Origin: Rhizophagus irregularis
Lineage: Eukaryota
DNA length: 64,000 nucleotides
Reading direction: 5' to 3'
NCBI RefSeq assembly: GCF_026210795.1
Contig: NC_089434.1
Location: 3,658,001 to 3,722,000 of the forward strand
This document shows, in pieces, positions 1 to 12,593 of the stretch; position 1 is the first letter of the stretch; each line of letters begins with the position of its first letter. The position numbers were made by a program, and so were the translations under genes. The notes under the pieces were generated by a model. The model was not told the origin of the DNA. It ran no database searches and worked only from the letters and a program-made list of their open reading frames with translations.

Positions 1-3000
1 TTTACGCCAATAGCTACAAAGCCTACAATGGGTTTATAGCTTTTGAAAACAAAAGAAAACATAAATCATTTACGAACGCCACAAAAAAAATTGATGAGAA
101 TTTTAATTTTCATTTAACCAAAATAAGCGGTTGATCGTACCAAATATAAATATTTCCCAAGAACAAAGGTCCTGCATGTGCAGGTCTTGTGGTCCAACAT
201 TTTCAGTTTAAATATAAATGCTATTTTATTTTTAACAATTGGTTATTTTCCCTTTTTTTTTTAAAATGAAATGAAATACATTAAAATTTGTGGCTAGCAA
301 AATCAATTACCTATCTAGTTAAATCATCTTTCTTCAACTGAACGAATATTCTAAATATTCCAAGAATATTTACCAAATGATCAGAGGTGATCAGCGTGTT
401 GCTTTATCGATACCGTTCTAGTCCCAATAATGATAGTTTAAACAACAAAGTTTGTCTTTCATTAACAAACAAGAACACGCTCTTAAATAACAAACTTCTA
501 ATCATGCTTTACGAATGGGAAGAGTGCTTCTATGTGTAGTCAAATTTAAACTCAGGGATGAATTGAGTAAACCATTGATAAAATTTATAACTGAATCGTT
601 TCATTTAAACTCAATATAATTCTTTATCAATATGTGAAAAATCCATAATAGTCACCATTATTTAGAGATAGCGATTCTTTTATTTCGAAAAATATTAATT
701 TAAATATTTGGTCAGTACCACCAAGGTAGAATAATAAAAGAAATTTCAGAAACGACAATCAAGATAATTTACTGAACCTGAAAAAATGATCAAAAAGTGT
801 AATGAACCAGATGAAATATCTTAATAGATACTATACAATTAACTTAATAACATTAAAGAAATTGATAAAGACAGTATATTCAGTAACGTGGAATTATTTC
901 ACCATTGTAAGTGAAGTTTAATCTTAAACTCTTAAGTTACAGTATCCGTATCAACCAATCTAACATATCTCTCTATAAGTTTGATATCCTTTTGGAACCT
1001 TAACTCGATGATCGATCAGTATGTAAAAGAAGAAATATTGGAACAAGTGAATTACCTTATTTCATGTTTTCTTTCATAACAAAATTCTCCTCTCATATCA
1101 ACCTCCGGTTTGGGATACTTCTCAAGAAAAATTAATTGTATACCCATGAAAAATAGAATCATCAGGATCAAAAGTTGCACGTGAACCAATTTGTTCTTTT
1201 AGGCTTCAGGAATATCCAAGACCAAGACTAACGGACCAACCGGTTCTAAAATTCTAAAAAAAAAACAATATATGATATTTCGTGGTATATATTGGTGTAT
1301 ATTAATTTTCAAGATCAACTAATTATCGAGGATCAATATATAAAAGAAGTTTGTTTATGAACTGAGCATTGAAATTAGAATCTGATAGTATGATAAGGTT
1401 CGAATGTTATCGTCCACCATTTAGAGGGGCATTTAAACATATGTGTTGACCAAAATTTAGATTTAAAAAATAGAAGGGGGTGGGGTACGTTAAACAAACA
1501 ACCATGTTGGAACGGCCTAGCAATATAGCAATATTTGTGGGTCAAGTAAAATACTCAAATTTAGAGATCTTACTACTCATAGATGCAGAGGCAATGAAAT
1601 CGTTTTACATATTTCGTCAAACTTATTTTAAGGGAAGACTACAATCACACTATTCAGAAATCGGCTCTAAAACAACTTCTATCGCCAACCTCAAAAATTA
1701 TCCAAGTAATCCAACGAATTACCTTTGTTAATAGAGTACTACATGCAAATCTCATGATATGAATTCCTTGGTGCGAGAATTTTTTATTATAATGAATTTA
1801 TTTTGTGATAATTAAAGCAGTGTCTCTTGTTGCCAAAGGTTTAACATCGTTTATACAAGATCGGCTATAATAAGTGAAGTTCATCCCATCAGTATTTCTT
1901 TAGAAAATTGGGCGATAGCACCACAATGTATATTAGGGATTTATTAATTAGAACAACCTTTCTAATTCATCTAATGGAAAAACTTTACGTGAGTGCATAT
2001 ATGAATGATGAATGGATTTTATATCAATATTATTCAAAATATGAATCATTTATTTCTAAATTTTTAGTATATGAATATTATTAACCATTCATTCTTTCCA
2101 CCTATGATGGCAGATTGGGCTATCAAAGATCTTTTGATCAAGCACGCATTTATGGCGTGATTATTGAACCAAAAAAGAAAATAGATCAAGAAATTTTATA
2201 GTCTTGCTGTCTTTATCAATGGGAATCAAACTTATGCTAGAATATATGAACCTATTGTAACATTGCTTTACGGTAACATGTGATTATAATTGTTATTAAT
2301 TTACAAATGTACTTTGTAAATATTTATCAAACGCCACATTAATTGTTTCTCTTTATTCTCCCATTTTAATAAAGGTTCAGTAACGACCGTAATCAAGTAA
2401 ATATATCAAAATGGATCTTATAATTTGGATGACAGGAAGTGCACATTGCTAACATAATTGTGATGTGTGCGATTAATCACTTCTTGCCAAAGTTATTAGG
2501 TAAGCATTATTAGTGGAATCGAGGTTCAAGAAAATATTATTATTATTATTATTCAACATAATTATTGATCTTTATTTTCCTTTAGTATATCAAAGCCCGC
2601 GTGCTAATAGGTATACCAATTTTCTTGCTCCAAAAGATTATGGAGATCCACTAGCATATTTACATTTATTAAAAATATCATTGGACAGATAGAAAATAAA
2701 GAACAGGATTAAGAAAAATTTCTTTTGGGGTACGTGATTTTTTTCTCTCGAAACTGTTGAATTTTTTTTTGAAGCAAGTTCCTCAACATGGCGATTTACG
2801 GCAATGAAACTTTTCTAATATTTCCTTATACAATATTCTTTCTTTTTCACGATTCTTTATCTAAATTAAACGTTCAAACTCCAGCTTCAAGATTTTCCTT
2901 CAAAAAAAAAAATAATAATAATACTGAGAGTGCACCACCTCTTCTTCAATAGTAATAGTAGATATCTAAAGAAAACAAAAATTTACCTCAAGAAGAACAT

Positions 3001-4398
3001 GTGAAACCGATCAAGTATCTTCACAAGAAAAAGCCACATTACGTGATGGAGAATCACGAGGCATATGCTAACAAGCTCGCGCTAGTAAATACCAAATCTA
3101 GAAGTAATATTTCATCCGATATATTATTAAGTAACATGCCCAATTGCCCTATCATTCATGAAATACAAAATTAAATAAAGTTTTGTGATGTAATTCAAAT
3201 TTCTTCTCTATTTAATATTTTTGTTCTAAACACAATGATTTTCAGAATTTGTTTGATAAAATGTATAAAATACTGTATGATCAATGAATGTATCAGATAA
3301 ATCTTTTGATCTTTATAAAAAAAAATATAACCATATATTTATTAAGTTCATCTTAATAACTTATTATAAAAGTATAAACTATATAATAATTTATATTAAT
3401 TGTTATCATTGGTAATTTTTACCAAACTGATTTTTTAAATTTTATAATATTAAATTAAATAATTACACATATTAAACAGTTATTCTATATATAAATTTAC
3501 AAGAAAAAATTTAAAAAGGCTATTTTTCAGATAATTTTTTCAAAATTTTGATTTTAATTTTTTACTTTAATAAAATTTTTTTTTAACAAAAATTTCAAAA
3601 TTTATTATAATAATTAATAAGATTTTGAAAAATATATATATATAACAGATAAAGGTAAAATCCAGTTAAAAAAAATTTACTATGAATTTTAACAATTAAC
3701 ATTTTAATACCAACTACTTTTTTTTAAAAAAAAAAATAAAAAAATTTATTCTAAATATTATATCAGATCTTAAAAATCTTATTAATTTAAGAATTTTCTA
3801 ATTATTATTTAAATTAAAATTTTTGTAATTAATATTTTTTAATTTTAGCTAAAATTAAAAACTAGTATTTTAATTTTGGCCAAATTATAATTTTTAGTTG
3901 AAATTAAGTGGTAATAATTACTAATTGAATAATAATTACTACGCAATATCCATTTATATATATATAATTATAAATAAAAAATTTATTAAAATTAAAAAAT
4001 TTTATTATTTGCATTAGTTAAAATAATTAATTAATTAAAATAATTAAAAACTATTAAAAAAAATTATTAGTAAAAATATAAAAATTGGAAAAATTTTTTT
4101 TTAAAAAAAGAAATACAAAAAAAAATACTAAATAGCTTTTGAATTAAAAATATTATATAATTAATAAAAAAAAACTGAAAAAAAATTTTATTAAATAAGT
4201 TAAAAATGATATTTAAAATTATTTTTGATACTTTAAATAAAATAAAAATTTGTATATTAAGAAATTTTTTTTACTTTATTATAAAATATAAAAATATAAA
4301 AATCTTAAAGTTGTAATATAAATTGCAAATTATATTTTAATTAATAGGAATTAATTATAATTATATTTTTAAGTAAAATATATATGAAAAAATGTATT

Positions 4399-4711
4399 TG
4401 TAACAGCCTGTTACATATCTTATTTGTAACATCCTTTTTTTATTTTTTTTTAATAATAAATTTAATATGTGTTTCACAAATAAAATTTTTATATGCAAAA
4501 TTTAATTTGGAAAACTTTTACTTAATGTATTTAAGACAGTTTCATAGACAAAATTTTAAGTTATAAGCAGTTTCTTGAAATTTTTTAAAAAATTCTTTTG
4601 TCTTAGTTACACGACTGATCTTTTGTTTTTGTTTACATTACGCCTGATCTTAAATTTTAATTGGATAAAATTGGGGGTTGTTACAAATAAGACGCGTAAC
4701 AGGCTTTTACA
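4399..4711. repeat. Inverted-repeat element (MITE-like)
   Basis: tgtaacagcctgttac..tcttatttgtaaca versus tgttacaaataaga..gtaacaggcttttaca. Confidence 0.6.
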
Positions 4712-5250
4712 ATTAGATTTATCCAATATATATTTATTTTTAAAATAAAATATTAGTAAATAAATATTAAGATTTGGATTTTTTTTTTTTATTTTTATAT
4801 ATATTTTAATAATTTAAAATTTAAATATTATATTAAAATAGCTCTATTTATAAAGTATAAAAAAATAATTTTTATTTTATTAAGCAATATTATTTAAATA
4901 TAAAAGTGATTTTATTTAATTAAAATAATAAAAATCTAAATAAATATTATTATAAAAATTATAATATAAAATATTATAATAAAATTTTTGAATATTTAAT
5001 ATATAGATTTTAAAATTATTTTTTTTGTTAAAATTTAAAAAAATTATTTTGCAAATTTCTTAGCATTCAAATTTAGTAATTCAATTTTAATGAATTTTTT
5101 TTTAAATAATAAAGATTAAAATTATAAAATAAAAAAAAAATTTTTTTTTTATTTAATTTTTTATTTATTATTAAATTATCTAAGCTGATTTTATTTATAT
5201 AATAATTATAATTCATTTTGCAATATTTCATTTTACAATATATACTTTAC

Positions 5251-5407
5251 TATATATGCCACCCAAATTATTTTGGGCTGCCATAATTATAAGTAAAATC
5301 CCAAATTCAATTATAGCATCCCAAAGTAAATTATATATAAACTGAATGAATTACGGCATCCCAAATTATAATTATGGCATCCCAAAATAATTTGGGCAGC
5401 ATATATA
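5251..5407. repeat. Short inverted-repeat element (MITE-like) in TA context
   Basis: tatatatgccacccaaattattttggg versus cccaaaataatttgggcagcatatata; internal gcatcccaaa repeats. Confidence 0.6.
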
Positions 5408-8400
5408 TACTTTACATATATTTTTTTTTATTTTTTATTTATATTTAAAAGAAGCAGTATATATAAAAAACAGAAAGAATTACAAAAAAACTAAAAAGAC
5501 TACAATTTAAATTTAATTAATAGTACCTTATCTGCTGAAAGCAAATTTATTCTATAATCTATATATTTTTATAAGTTTTTCAAAATTTTTTTTTTTTTTA
5601 CAATATTTGCAATATAAAAAAATAATTATTTTTAAAGTATTGAATAATTTTAATTAGTATAACTTATTTGGTTTAAATTATAGTTTTTTGAAAAAATATA
5701 TATTATAGTATTAAGTACTATTAATTATAAATATAAGTAGTATTATTTAATAAAGTTAAAAATATTTATATATTTATATAAGAATTCTTAATCTAAAATT
5801 TTTAATATTATTTTAATTGGAAATGCAAATTTTAATAAATATAATTTTTTAAATAATTTAAATTGGATAAAATTCTTTTAAATATATAATATATTGCTAT
5901 ATATAATAAATTATTTTGATTTTTATTTTGTAAAAAAAATTATATAATATAGATAAAAAAATATAAAAAAATTGCAATTTGCGTTTATTAATATTTAATT
6001 TAATTGAATATTTATAAAATTTACAGAAAGTAATTTATAATTAATAATATTAAAAAAATGGCCTATAAGTATTTGAATAAAAGTTTATAAATAAATTACA
6101 ACTAAATATTCAGAATTCTAAAAAAGTTTCAACTGAAAAAAATTTACTATTAGTTTTAAGTATTTTTTTTAGAGCTAGAATTATAATAATATCAGCCAAT
6201 AATTAAAAAAAGGAAATAATTTTCTTACTAGAATTACCATATAATTATTTTAGCCTATTTAGTTATTTCAATATTCTCTTTTTATAAAATTCATACGAAT
6301 ATGGTTTAATAACCTGCTGAATCAAAAAATATTCAAAATTTTATGATAATTTATTTTCCCGTCAGATGTACAAACTACGACAACAGCAGGTCCGTGAATT
6401 GTCATGTGACCAATGAGGGTTATCATAAGATTTATATATAATAAAGATAATAAAGGATAATTTATCAGAAATCTATATATATTAGTTAAAAAAGTTTAAT
6501 ATTTTAATGAAAATGGAATTCTTATTTTAAAAAATTTGTGGCATTTGGATTACAAATAATATTTTTTTTTAAATGTAATTTTACATGCTTTACAAGTTTA
6601 CTTAGGGTAATTTTTGGCTTTTTAATTTTTATATATATTTTTTCAAAAATGATGAATTTTGCAAAAATAGCATTTAAAACCCTCTTTGGTATTTTAAGTA
6701 AACTTGGCCATCTTGCAATTTTGGGGCTGTATAAAGTATATATTAAGTTTTATTTGAAATGTATCACCAAAATTAATTAGCTATTTTAGGAAATGATCAG
6801 CAAAAATTATCACGTGAACGAAGAATTTTCTGGCATTGGCCAGTTTATCACGTGACGTTAAACAAATTCTATATGCCGATCATATAATTCCAGCAACCAA
6901 TCCTGGTGCTTGTTCGGATATTAAAAAAAAAAGCCACCAATCCTGGTGCAACAAGTATATTATTAATAAAAAAAAAATATTAATATAAAAAAATTGTTAG
7001 GTTTAAATTCTTTGAATTTATTGATTTAATAATTTGCTTAACAAATTTCTATAAATTAAAAATTAAAGTGCCATGTCATTTTTTTTTATTATTGTTAATA
7101 AATAGACGAGATTGAACATTCTTTTTTTCTTTCGATTAATTAATTATTTATGCAATGCTAAACCTTGCTAACACATTTCCTGCATAAGATTATTCAACCA
7201 TTTTATGAAAGGCATTTTTGGCGTATTTCTGTTAATATTCTCAAATTGATTATTTTTTTATTTATGTTTAAAAAACCATTTTGATTGATGAAATCTGCTG
7301 GTACTAATTGCATGTGGATTCTTGTAATTAGAAAGTAAAGTCAGAATTAGCAAAAGGTAAATGATTTTGGATTTTAAAAATTTTTCTCAAGAAAAAAAAA
7401 ATTTTTTCTCAGCAATTTAGCATTATAGAGTATGTCAAAGTAAAATAAGTAAAATAACTTGCAATAGTTTCAAAAAAAAAAAAATCTAAATCATCAACAG
7501 AAACACTTTCATCAAAAAATTTAAAATGAAAATGAACTAGCCCTTAATCTCTCCGTTTTGATTCTTCTCATAATCGTCTCCATTGAGAGTTCCCTTTCGG
7601 TTCTTGTTTCAATGAATTCAAAGTTAAGTTTTTGACCGCTAAGTCATTTTTTACTCTTGCTGATACAAATAGAAAGCAGATCGCAATTCGAAACGTTTAC
7701 TTTTTTTTGAGAACTTCAAGTTTTATCGTCATCATGGCATAAAGAACGTCCATATAAGAATGTTCGTTGTTTCCGAGTATTTGTTACCATATGTTTTTAA
7801 TAGCTTTGGTGTTTTGAATGTTTTTAAAAAAAATTTCCTTTTCTGCTCGTAATAGTGTGATGTAATCTTTCCATCTTTATTATAAGGTTCTATAAAATAT
7901 AAGCTTCATCTGCATGTCTTTTTTTGCTCTAGATGAAGCGAAATATCATACAATAATAATCCTCCACCGAATTTCCTCGATTCCCTTGTATCAAGCTCTT
8001 GCCCCAATGGAATGGCAAGAGTATTGGTAATATAATTTGAGAGCAATATAAAATATACTATTATAAGAATCAATATCCTAATTTATTCGAGTATCAGTAC
8101 AAACGAGGTCTTTATACTAAATAATCATAATTGACACATCCAAAGAATCCTTTCAATGACATTCATTACATTTGTTGACAAAGTGTTAACAAAATTTCTC
8201 GTTTTATGCTATCATCTAATTAATGAAAACCATGAGGTAGATGCAAAGATCCGTCTTATTTCTTCTTTCTTTATGATGGCGAACTTAAACTTTGATGTTT
8301 AAAATACTATTCTGCTATAAAAATCATTACAAATTATTTTTCTTTTATAATATTAAAGACGCTTGAATCACTAAGTGATTTTCTAAGATGAAAGTTAGGA

Positions 8401-8578
8401 GAAAAAACTGAACGGGGAAAGTAAAATTCATGAGGTTTATATATATGCAAAAGCGCGTGAAAACCAGAGTGTAGTACTTAATTATCAACATCCAATCAGC
8501 AATTGCCCCATTTAGATTAAATGAAGTAATAAAAAAAATAGACAGTTTAACAGTATTTTCATTCTTATTCTGCCAAAA

Positions 8579-11500
8579 ATGCTTGATTTCTTTACAATTC
8601 TAACGAAAGGTGGAATTGTTCTTTGGTCTAAATCTTTTACTCGTATTACTTCGTCACCGGTTAATTCTTTAATTGGAGATGTATTAATTGAAGAAAGGGC
8701 TGGAGAAAATAGTTATACTAAAGATTCTTATAGCTTAAAATGGACATTCGCAAATGAACTAGATCTTATTTTTGTGGTAAATGTCTAATAAAGTGAGTTG
8801 ACTTAGTGAGTTTGTCAACTACGGCCCTTAGTGTTTTTATTATATATACATATATATGTATATTTCGATACTTTAATTTATTATAACGAATATTTATTTA
8901 ACTAGGCTGCTTATCAAAAAATTCTTCAACTTGCATATATTGAAGAACTTCTTGCTACTGTCAAGAAATTCTTTTGTGATAAATTTGCCAATTTTATTAA
9001 AGACTCTGGTAAACTTCACAAATTCGATTTCGATGAGGATTTTGGCGCAATATTAAATAAAATCGAAGAAAAGGATTCCAAGGTTTAAAATATTCTTTAA
9101 TATTGTAAAATGAGGATAATTATTAATCTAATTATTTAGTTTATTATTATTTTTTTAGAGTCATGAGAAGTTATCTAAACCACGACCATTTGAAAAAACT
9201 AAAAAATTTAAAGAAACTGCAGAAGGATCGAAAAAACTTAGTTAGTAAATTCAACATAATATTATCTTATCGGTTTATTTTTTTAAGGGATAAACTTTTA
9301 TGATAAAAAAAAAAATCTTTTTTATTCAGGTGTGAGTGACATATCAAAACCTCCTACGAACCCAATTATCAGTGAAGACGAAATTGCTCGTAATATTGAA
9401 GAACTTCATCGATATAATGGAAAGCGTGGACGTGGTGGACGAAAACAGTCTGGAACTGGTAGACCTAATGTTTCATCAGAGTAAGTATAAGAACAAAAAC
9501 GGATTTATTTTAAATAAGTTTTATTTTGATTAATAATTGTTTATTATATAATAAAGCGAAAAGAAGCAAGCTAGAAAGAAAACAATGCGTGTATGGGATG
9601 ATAAAGTGTCAAAAGCAGAAATGGAAAGTTTGGATTATAGTGGAGATAAGGGTGATAGCGATAAATCGTCATCAGTAGATCCACAAAATTTGGTTGACCA
9701 AAATCAATTGGGTCAGTTTCAGGATGGGTATTATGAAGTACAAGATATAGGTCAAGATGACGACGAGGATGAATTTGAAGAGGATGATTATAATGAAACA
9801 AACGACACTTCAGTCGAAAATAATAGCGGATCTAGCATATTGTCATTTTTTAAAAGTATTACCGGACAGAAAGAAATTACAGAACAGGATCTCGTTCCAG
9901 TATTAGCGAAAATGAAGGAACATTTAATTAAAAAAAATGTTGCAGCTGATATTGCAGCTCATTTGTGTGATTCCGTTGCAAGAAATCTTGTAGGACAAAA
10001 GACCGGAAGTTTTAAGAGTACGTTTATGTTATGAATAAATTTTATAAAATTTCGTCATTAAATTAATCAAAATCTTCTCAACTCAAAAAGGCATTCAGTC
10101 AACTGTGAAACAATCCATGGAGATGTCATTGAAACGTATACTCACACCAAAGACATCGGTTGATTTGCTACGTGATATTGCGCAAGCTCAGTCCGATTCA
10201 CGTCCTTATACGATTTGCTTTATTGGAGTAAACGGTGGGTTAAATTTGTAAGATAGATAATAAAAATAATGATATGCTTATACGTTTATAATTTATATAG
10301 GAGTTGGTAAATGTTTTGCAAAGGGAACCAAAATTTTAATGTATGATGGTACACATCAAAATGTCGAAGAGCTCAATGTGGGAAATCAAATTATGGGAGA
10401 TGATGACAATCCGAGAACTATTCAGTCTACTACGAAAGGTGAAGGTATAATGTACCGTATTATCCCGAATGATAAGGGTCCAGCAAAATTTTTCGAATGT
10501 AACGATCAACATATTCTTGTACTTAAATTTGCTGCTGAACCATACATGCGAAGTGAAGAAATTCCCATCATAAATCGTAGTCCAAGGATTCGCCTCTTTT
10601 GGTATGAATATGACACACAGAATAACATGATCGTTAAAAAGAATGATTCTTTCTATTACGGCCCTGGCGAAGATTATCCTAAAAAAGAGGTAGCCAAGAG
10701 AGCAGCGATACGAGAAATGGCGAGAAGACCCAATCTTGTATCATCAGATTTCATTTGGGAGATACCAATTAAAGATTTCTTGACTGCGTCGGATGAAATA
10801 CAACGAAGTTGTCTTATGTTTAAGCCAAATCAAGTTATTTTTAAATCGGTACAAGGAAGGTTTCGCGTTATTTTAAGCAAAATTCTTGGAGTCAGCCCTA
10901 CTAATTCTCAAATTTCGGCTGCTTCATGGCTTGTTGGTGTTTGGATCGGTGGTGGAATTGTAAAATCACCCATTATTTATGTTAATGAAAATGAAAAGGA
11001 GATTTTAAGAGCTATAGAGCAATACAGTGAAATGTTGAATTGGAGATATATGAAAGAATTACATAAAGCTAAATTAGATGATTCAGAATGGAAAATTTCA
11101 TTTATGAGCGATAATGATATTGAAAACGGGTTCTATGTCCTTCTTCAAACGTTGGATATTTTGGACACTAAAAAAGTGACACCAGTTATTATGACTGATG
11201 AACTTGATCAGGTTTGATTAATTTTGTTTTTATATAATAATTAATTCGTTCAAGAGAAAAAATTGTGAATTAACTTTTTTTTTAATCTAATAGGTTCGCT
11301 TGCCTCTACTCGCTGGAATTTTAGACATTAGTAGCCATTTACTAGAAGAGAACAGAAATTACAGATATGTTTACCGGTCCCTTCACGAGCGATGTGAACA
11401 AATCTGTAATCTGGCAAATTTATCAGGGTTTTATTCTACAAACATAGTTTCAAACATGAAAGAGTGTTCAGATAATATAACGACCCCATCTTGTTGTACG

Positions 11501-12593
11501 ATTATCAGTGGCAATAAGTTAGAAAAACTTCCTTTAGTTATCTCACGTAAGAAAGTATTCAGAAATCGTGATCATCCCAAATTTAATCGCGATATGGTAT
11601 GGGGATTTAAAGTAGAAAAAGTTGGCCTTGGGTCATATTATGGGTTCAAGGTTGATAAAAACGAGCGTATTTTACTAGCAGATTTGACAGTGAGTCATAA
11701 TGTGAGTCTTTTTATTTTTTTTTAAAAAAAGCATGTGCTTTTTTTTGATTTATTATTAATTAATTATGTATATCCTCTCTTATTAGTCCACAAATTTATC
11801 AAAGACTTGTTTTTGGTTATTACAAAACGGATTAAAGGTCCTTATTGCAGCATGTGATACTTTTAGATCAGGTGCCGTAGAACAATTAAGAGTACATGTT
11901 AGGAATTTGAATGCTTTAGGTCAAAATTCAAATGTTGAATTATATGAACGTGGATATGGAAAAGATGCTGCTGGGATAGCAAAGGATGCTATTAATTACG
12001 GTATGTATAAAATTGACTACGGTGGAGACTTGTTGTTGACATATTTTTACATTTTTAGCCAAAATAAACAAATTTGAGGTTGTATTGATCGATACGGCGG
12101 GACGTATGCAGGACAACGAACCATTAATGCGAGCGTTAGCTAAGGTATGATACTGATCGTATTATATATATATTTTACGCGATCTTTTTGAACTAATTTT
12201 AATTTACACTATTAGTTGGTTTCGGTGAATAATCCCGACAAGATTATATTCGTCGGTGAAGCATTAGTTGGCAATGAAGCCGTTGATCAACTCACGAAAT
12301 TTAATCAAGCTTTGAAAGATTTTTCAGGGTTACAAAATCCAAGACATATAGATGGAATGATTTTGACGAAATTTGATACAGTTGATGATAAGGTTTGGCG
12401 GAAATGATATTAAAGACTAACATATGGTAATCAAACACTAACTAAAATTTTTTATTTGGAACAGGTTGGGGCAGCCTTATCAATGACTTATACAACCGGA
12501 CAACCGATTTTATTTGTTGGAACCGGTCAAACGTATACAGACTTAAAGAACATGAGAGTTGGACATATCATTCACTCTCTTCTTAAAGAATGA
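8579..12593 (+). CDS. SRP101: Signal recognition particle receptor alpha subunit (SRalpha), 12 exons, intein-containing. Exons: 8579-8776, 8906-9082, 9159-9240, 9330-9480, 9557-10017, 10091-10234, 10301-11211, 11294-11701, 11787-12000, 12059-12144, 12216-12392, 12465-12593
   Basis: N-terminus [16 protein letters not shown]...[30 protein letters not shown] matches the SRX/longin domain. SRP-GTPase motifs [37 protein letters not shown] and [11 protein letters not shown] appear in order. All GT..AG introns I traced keep the frame through to TGA at 12591-12593. Confidence 0.95.
10312..11701 (+). mobile_element. Intein (436 aa, class-1 C...HN/S) with degenerate LAGLIDADG homing-endonuclease domain, inserted in the SRalpha P-loop; coding sequence split by intron 11212-11293
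   Basis: Block [14 protein letters not shown] follows GVGK directly. Block B-like [12 protein letters not shown]. Endonuclease-like [10 protein letters not shown] and [13 protein letters not shown]. Block [24 protein letters not shown], then Ser as +1 residue. 300 + 136 codons. Removing it restores GVNGVGKSTNLSK. Confidence 0.93.

Noticed and set aside
300..2700. Coding-like composition suggesting a decayed gene
   Set aside because: No sustained frame or motif I could assign.
9336..9533. ORF-track 65-aa ORF
   Set aside because: Wrong frame over SRalpha exon 4; the spliced frame reads [18 protein letters not shown].
10301..11786. Idea that the intein is removed by alternative RNA splicing
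   Set aside because: Exon 6 ends in phase 1 and exon 9 starts in phase 0. The G|GTAAAT pseudo-donor at 10307 is also phase 1 and would drop the P-loop Lys, so neither skip restores the frame.
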